A DNA stretch of 62,683 nucleotides, counting the filler, from Choristocarpus tenellus KU-1152 (Eukaryota; Protista; Phaeophyceae), in the NCBI GenBank assembly GCA_964200185.2. It is 10 parts of 10 records of this genome, joined end to end, with 100 filler letters (N's around TTAATTAATTAA, not from the genome) between each part and the next. Parts side by side here need not be neighbours in the genome. Positions count along the whole stretch, not along the records: positions 49,231 to 54,902 come from CAXNAD020010062.1; positions 55,003 to 62,683 come from CAXNAD020005765.1; 8 more parts are not named here. The stretch is one strand, 5' to 3'. Both the position numbers and the translations under genes were made by a program. The notes below the pieces were generated by a model. It had not been told where the DNA came from. It searched no databases and was given only the letters and a program-made list of their open reading frames with translations. Below, in pieces: positions 52,492 through 62,683 of this stretch (its first letter is position 1; every line of letters begins with the position of its first letter).

Positions 52492-53769
52492 CGATGTTTC
52501 CACAAAGGTTGAGAATATGACAAAATCCTTACGTTTCAATGTACAAAGTACTCCAGAGTAGCATCGAACAACAGTGGCTACATATGAAACTGTCTAGTGC
52601 CAAGCTAGACAAATATATGCCTCCTATTAGTTCACCTATACCCTCAGTCATGACAACTGTATAATATCTTACTGTATCTACTCATACCCTTACCATTTCC
52701 ATGTAAACCTTTCCTCAATAATTGAATATTAAAAAATAGTTAATAACAAGGAGGTGACTTGAAAGACTAAACAAATATTTATTCATACCAAGACTTTCCT
52801 AACTACAACTAACTCCCCTGCTCAAAAATATACAAGTATATATTACTTGGCACTGTTCTTTAGTATTACTCATCAAGCCTGGCAAATGCGATTGGTGCAC
52901 TCCATGGGTCCGACCGGTTCCAATATTTCAGACATGTCCGGGCAAGGTACAAGTTCTAGTACTTGTCCAGTCTTTGGGTTGTGGATAGGAGGTTCCAGTA
53001 TTTTCTGACAAGTTCGGACCAAGTCGATAATGTAGTGTGACAGTCTGGTCTGCGGGTAGGACAGGTATAATTTAATGCCAGCCCGTGAAATGGTCTGTTA
53101 GATCAATCCGGTCCGAACAAAAATTGTGTGCCAAGTGTTGATGTAACTAAAGGCACTATGTAACGAGAGTCAGTACCCATGTCATGAACACACGAGCTGC
53201 GAGATGGCAAGCAGAAAGCAATGTGGAAGAGAGACACCAACGATATAATGAGCTGGGGCCAGTTCAAGCCGTCCCAAGGGAACTGACACAATGTAGATCA
53301 AGCCTTTGGGCCATAGCTACACGAGTAGAGTGATAGATTTTTGCCTCAGATGTACCATCAGTGATGATGTCGACATCACCAAGATCAAGGAAAGGGGAAG
53401 GGTCCAAAGAGCCTGAGGCTATTTCCGAAAGTACAGCCAAGTGCTTTTTACAGAACTACAAGTGCATTAACCTTGGCTTCAGATTTGAACGCTCAAGGCT
53501 AAGTGGTCCAGGTCCTGTTACATGTAAACAGGAGAAATTTGGTAGAAGAAGGGATAAATAACATAAAAAGTAAAAACTTACGTCCATTGTACTAACCAGT
53601 AACATATGCATGTACAAGTTGGTATTGACGTACCTAACCCTGGAAAGGTCTCTTGAGCCGCACTCCCCATCACAATCCCCACCATTTTCTCCTCTAAAAA
53701 TAAAAAATAATGCACTTTGGGCCCCCTTTTCGTACCTTTCCTTCTACAATAACTACCGCCATAGGGAGC

Positions 53770-54150
53770 TCACTTAGTCATTAATTCTTCGTTGTTTGAA
53801 CTGGGAAAAAGACTCCAAATTCTGAGAGGAAAGGGTCTGATTTGTTTGAAGATAGCAAATATTATCACTTTACTGCAACTACCCTCATAGGGCATCTGCA
53901 AAAAAGAGGTGTCAGCCAAACCTTCCATGAAAAGGTTATCTGCTGCACTATCGGCTCCCCTCTCTACCCCAGAAGCCATTGGAAATTGCCAACAAAATAA
54001 AAGAGGGCTCCAGCACATGGTCCTTCTGAGTATATTACACAAATGGGACTGCAAACCCAACCAATACATTATGAAATAATACCTTAAGTGTTCTACAGCA
54101 ACAGTCCACTCTTCCTTTGCATCTACAACACATGTAGCACAAATCATGTT
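53770..54150 (-). pseudogene. Possible MULE-like transposase relic
   Basis: YYFIMYWL...W...DNLFMEG resembles the MULE YFxxxWL...TNNxxE region. Confidence 0.3.
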
Positions 54151-55585
54151 GCTGATATTTACTGATTGGGTTGTGTTGCTTGATCAACACCTGAACAGTA
54201 TAAACTTCCCACCCCCTCTTCTTATGCTCTTTACCTAGGCAGTATCTGTACAACAAATAGTTCTGGATCATCCTTTTAAGACTAAATCAACAACCAACAA
54301 CACTTTACCTTCCTAATAACATTATGGTGTCTGTACCTTAAAGCAATACATGCTTTCATTCACTCACCACCCCATATCATCAAAATCTTGGCAAAAAAGG
54401 GGAAAACTAGAAATATGAAATGATGAGTGCATGTGTTCTAACCCTGAAAGCAATAATCCCACTTAAGATCAAATACTGGAGAAAAAAAAACATAATCTCC
54501 AAGTGCATGAAACTACAGTTTGGATAAGAACCAAACAGATACCAAACAAGAACCCCCCTGTATAATGCATTCAGTAGTGTCATGCATGTGCCAGTCACAA
54601 CATTACTGAGACTGTTGAGTGTCACCACCTTACATGATCATGATCATAATATTGGCTGAGATAAAAAAACTTCTACATCAGTTAATTAAGAACATTTTCA
54701 CATCTCTTTCACAAGAAAATTTTCCTGTGGAGGGAAAAGGAGATCCATCCCTCTAAAGGTGGGATACACAAATACGTATCGTACTCTTCCAAGAATATTG
54801 CAGTTGACTTGTAAGCAAAGTTGTAGGAAAATAACTTAAGTCAACTAATGCCTCTCCAGTCTATAGAGTTGGGTAGGGAGGAGTGGGGGAATAGTTTGGG
54901 GGNNNNNNNNNNNNNNNNNNNNNNNNNNNNNNNNNNNNNNNNNNNNTTAATTAATTAANNNNNNNNNNNNNNNNNNNNNNNNNNNNNNNNNNNNNNNNNN
55001 NNCCCCCTAGATACTTTGGGTCAGTAGCACGTTGGAGACTGGGCACATTTAGAGGAAGAGTTGCACCTCCAATCTTTGCCCCCTTGTCCTCCTCACTTCC
55101 TTTTCACCTGTCCTTCTCACTTCTATTTTGGCTGATTCCAATCATATGCATCCAGATGGGGGAACGTTCATCCTGTGGAGTATGGTACCATTGTAGATCA
55201 ACTTGGTCCAAGGATCGATGACCGCAACAGAATGAATGACTAATTGCTTGAAGTGCACCCTAGAGTTAGTTACCTCTGGACTCCACCTCGGGTGTTTGTG
55301 AATGATGCTCTACCCATTCTCAGGCCAGAAGTATCGAAGTCATGTGGCATTGCCTCTAAGCTCTAGAGCACCCAGCAGAGTCCTCTTTTGCCCCCACTAG
55401 ACATGTGATAGTATGTGATATCCGAATAGAACCAATGAAAAACAGAAACCAGAATCTCAGTTTGTTTTGAGGCAGTCCACTATCTGAGTGTCTAGTAAAA
55501 GTCAATTTATCACTTAAGTAAAAAAACTCTAATCCGAGGTGACTCCCACATATCACAGCTCTGCCGCCCAATGCAGTCGTACAAA

Positions 55586-55849
55586 GAGTAAAAGTATCTT
55601 AGGGTTAGGGTACGAGTTTTGCCCTGTTTGTCCGTTTGGGGCTTGGCTTCCCATGGATTTTTTGATGACATTTTACCTACTCGAAAATATTTCGGAGTAG
55701 GTAAACGTATACGTTATGAAAACGTGTGTCCGGAATAAGGATATTGACACTTCCTAACAAACACGATAGCCGAAATTACATCAAAATCGAAAGATTGGAG
55801 ATTGTGTCCCCAAATGAACGCGGCTCTACCCTCTAAGATACTTTGGATC
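55586..55849. mobile_element. MITE family A; telomere-like TIR variant
   Basis: Left TIR reads AAAGTATCTTAGGGTTAGGGTA; flanks CAAA/AAAA. Confidence 0.85.
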
Positions 55850-56194
55850 AAAAATGAATTCAAAATGAAGATGGAAGAAATACGTTGGTAAACTTGGACG
55901 CCAACATGGCCATATCAGTCAGTGTGTGGTACATACAACTGTGGCAGTTTGGGAGGTGGGTTCTCTCCCAACACTAGCTGGATCTGGAGCAAAATACCCC
56001 TAAACAGCAACATTCCCATTACTCCACTGTCTTGACCTACCCCTTTAGACATACCTAGACTGGCTGACCGCACTGCAGATATCGATCACATCCTTCACTG
56101 CAATAGACAAAGATCTCTTCTCTCTCCCTCCCCCCAACATGTGTCTCCTATCCATCCATCCATCCATCCATCCATTCATCCCCTTGGCAAAAAG

Positions 56195-60733
<4,539 letters not shown>

Positions 60734-60808
60734 GTAAACACCAAAGAGTTATTTATTAGCACTGAGAGGGTATACTGTTGAGGATGTACTGTGGCCAGGT
60801 ACAGTTGA

Positions 60809-61071
60809 GAGTCAAAGTAGGCGAGAGATGCCCAGGGTTGAATTTTAAGGACGCTGACAAAAGAAATGTGCAATTTTCGGCATTTTTGTACAAACGCAAG
60901 TAGGGAATGTCCCGAATTGTGTCGAAACTTTTCAAACAATAGAAAAATCAATGCTCTCAAATCAACTTTAGTACTTCATCCATAGAAATATCCGAAAATT
61001 GCAGAAGATTTTGCAAGTGTCTCAATAGAAAAAACGGCCAAAACAAGGGTTCCCCTCGTTTACTTTGGCTC
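60809..61071. mobile_element. MITE family D, uninterrupted
   Basis: GAGTCAAAGTAGGCGAG...CTCGTTTACTTTGGCTC; TSD TGA. Confidence 0.8.
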
Positions 61072-61332
61072 TGATTTTGGTCTGGGAACAGGAAATTAGC
61101 AAGCAAGCAATTGATTTCTGGAATTTCAAACCCGGGAGGTTGGATAAGCTAGTTCTAGGGTCGGTGTTTGAAATTTGTTTGACGCAATGATAAGGATTTG
61201 ATTTACAACTGTCCAACCCCAACCCAAGTAGGCAGGAAATGACTTGACAGATTGCGAAGGATAACAGCAGGTTTGGCAGGGGGGTGCGGTTGCTGATGAT
61301 TGCACTGTAACCAAGGACTTGACAGGGAGTTT

Positions 61333-61594
61333 GAGTTGAAATATCTTAGAGGGTAGAGGCGCGTCCGTTTGGGGTCCAAAATCCAATAGTGCGATTTTGA
61401 TGTAATTTTGGCTATCGTGTTTGTTAGGAAGTGTCAATATCCTTGTTCCGAACACATTTTTCATAGCATATACATTTTACCTACTCCAAAATGTTTCGGA
61501 GTAATTAAAATGTCATAAGAGATCTGTGAGAAGCCAAGCCCCAAATGGACAAACTGGGCAAATTTCGTACCCTAACCCTAAGATACTTTCACTT
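61333..61594. mobile_element. MITE family A; telomere-like TIR variant
   Basis: 4-bp TSD GTTT; right TIR reads TACCCTAACCCTAAGATACTTTC. Confidence 0.85.
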
Positions 61595-61674
61595 GTTTGG
61601 TGTTTGGTCTCCAGATGTGTTAGGATGGGAAGGGACTGGAATATGTGAGGTATGCAATCTCATTGTCGGGGCTT

Positions 61675-61942
61675 GACCCAAAGCATTTAAGCGGGTAGGG
61701 CCGCGTCTGTTTGGGGTCATAAATCCAATGTTGTGATTTTGATTAATTTTGGCTATCATGTTCATTAGCAAGCTTCAATTTCCTTGCTCCGGACACACCT
61801 TGCATAGTGCTATACATTTTACCTACTCTGAAATCTGAAACGTTCACACAGAAAACTGAAAAAAGGCATAAAAAAAACGTGGGAGGCCAAGCCCCTCCCG
61901 GACAAGCAGGGCAAAACTCCTACCCTCTAAATGCTTTGGGTC
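61675..61942. mobile_element. MITE with family A interior and GACCC...GGGTC ends
   Basis: TIR GACCCAAAGCATTTA/TAAATGCTTTGGGTC; 3-bp TSD CTT. Confidence 0.8.
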
Positions 61943-62055
61943 CTTGTTTGATGTTGTGTGGCTTATGGCTGCAGGCCAGTTAAGCAAACTGATGGGAGAA
62001 ATGAGCCTGAAATTAATGTTCCAACTGTTGTATGCAGTGGTTGAAAACGCTCAGT

Positions 62056-62377
62056 CAATAAGGTCGACTTGCATTTACTTGGGATAAGAGCTAGGCCAAT
62101 AAGGTCGACTTGCTTTACTTGGGGCAAGAGCTAGGCCAATAAGGTCGACTTGCTTTATTTGGGGCAAGAGCTAGGCCAATAAGGTCGAGTTGCTTTGCTT
62201 GGGGCAAGAGCTAGGCCAATAAGGTCAACTTGCTTTACTTGGGGCAAGAGCTAGGCCAATAAGGTCGAGTTGCTTTGCTTGGGACAAGAGCTAGGCCAAT
62301 AAGGTCGACTTGATTTACTTGAGATAAGAGCTGGGCCAATAAGGTCGACTTGCTTACTTGGGACAAGAGCTAAGCCA
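62056..62377. repeat. 40-bp minisatellite, 8 copies
   Basis: Unit CAATAAGGTCGACTTGCTTTACTTGGGGCAAGAGCTAGGC, head-to-tail with no spacers. Confidence 0.95.
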
Positions 62378-62683
62378 AAAGGTTGTCACTGGATACTTCT
62401 CGGCTTCAGTAGATTACTGTCACATCACTTAGCACACACTATTGTTTACGAAAATATCAAAAATATCGACAAAATCGATTCATGAGTAGTACAGCCCCAA
62501 CAAACCCCCTCCCTATCCGCCTGTGCATACCTCTCCCTGATGATTGCACTATTCTGTCACTACAATAGAGACCAACCCCAATTTCGTTGTTGAGACTGAA
62601 AGGGTCATTATATATTGTTGATATCAACAAGGCATGTGTTTGTGCAACAAGACATGTATTCTGAACCAAAGTATCTAGGGGGG

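Noticed and set aside
62056-62377. CRISPR array
   Set aside because: Units are contiguous with no unique spacers, there are no cas genes, and the context is eukaryotic.

Overview
Eukaryotic, intron- and transposon-rich genomic DNA. The lineage is inferred to be a brown alga or close flagellated stramenopile, from gene content, TTAGGG-type repeats and an ankyrin C-terminal motif. The window is not contiguous: nine 100-bp artificial linkers (N44-TTAATTAATTAA-N44) join ten contigs. Spliced genes rebuilt by hand: IFT54/TRAF3IP1 3' part (minus, 5 exons), an EF-hand protein (minus, 4 exons), the last two exons of ISWI, a CDKL5/LF5-like kinase (7 exons, one GC-AG intron), a long uninterrupted ankyrin ORF and two unidentified partial genes. 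The rest is dominated by about 30 copies or fragments of four related 180-270 bp MITE families that share G(A/G)NNCAAA termini but show both 3-bp and 4-bp target duplications. Also present: a Copia-in-Copia nest, solo LTRs, a DD39D mariner remnant, degenerate KDZ-like and MULE-like transposase relics, and minisatellites. The most unusual signal is that the same 4-bp GGTT insertion converts the MITE terminal repeat TTAG/AGGG into telomeric TTAGGGTTAGGG in three copies, at both ends of the element, alongside many short interstitial TTAGGG tracts. This suggests telomerase-templated patching of internal breaks. All calls were made by eye; no searches were run.
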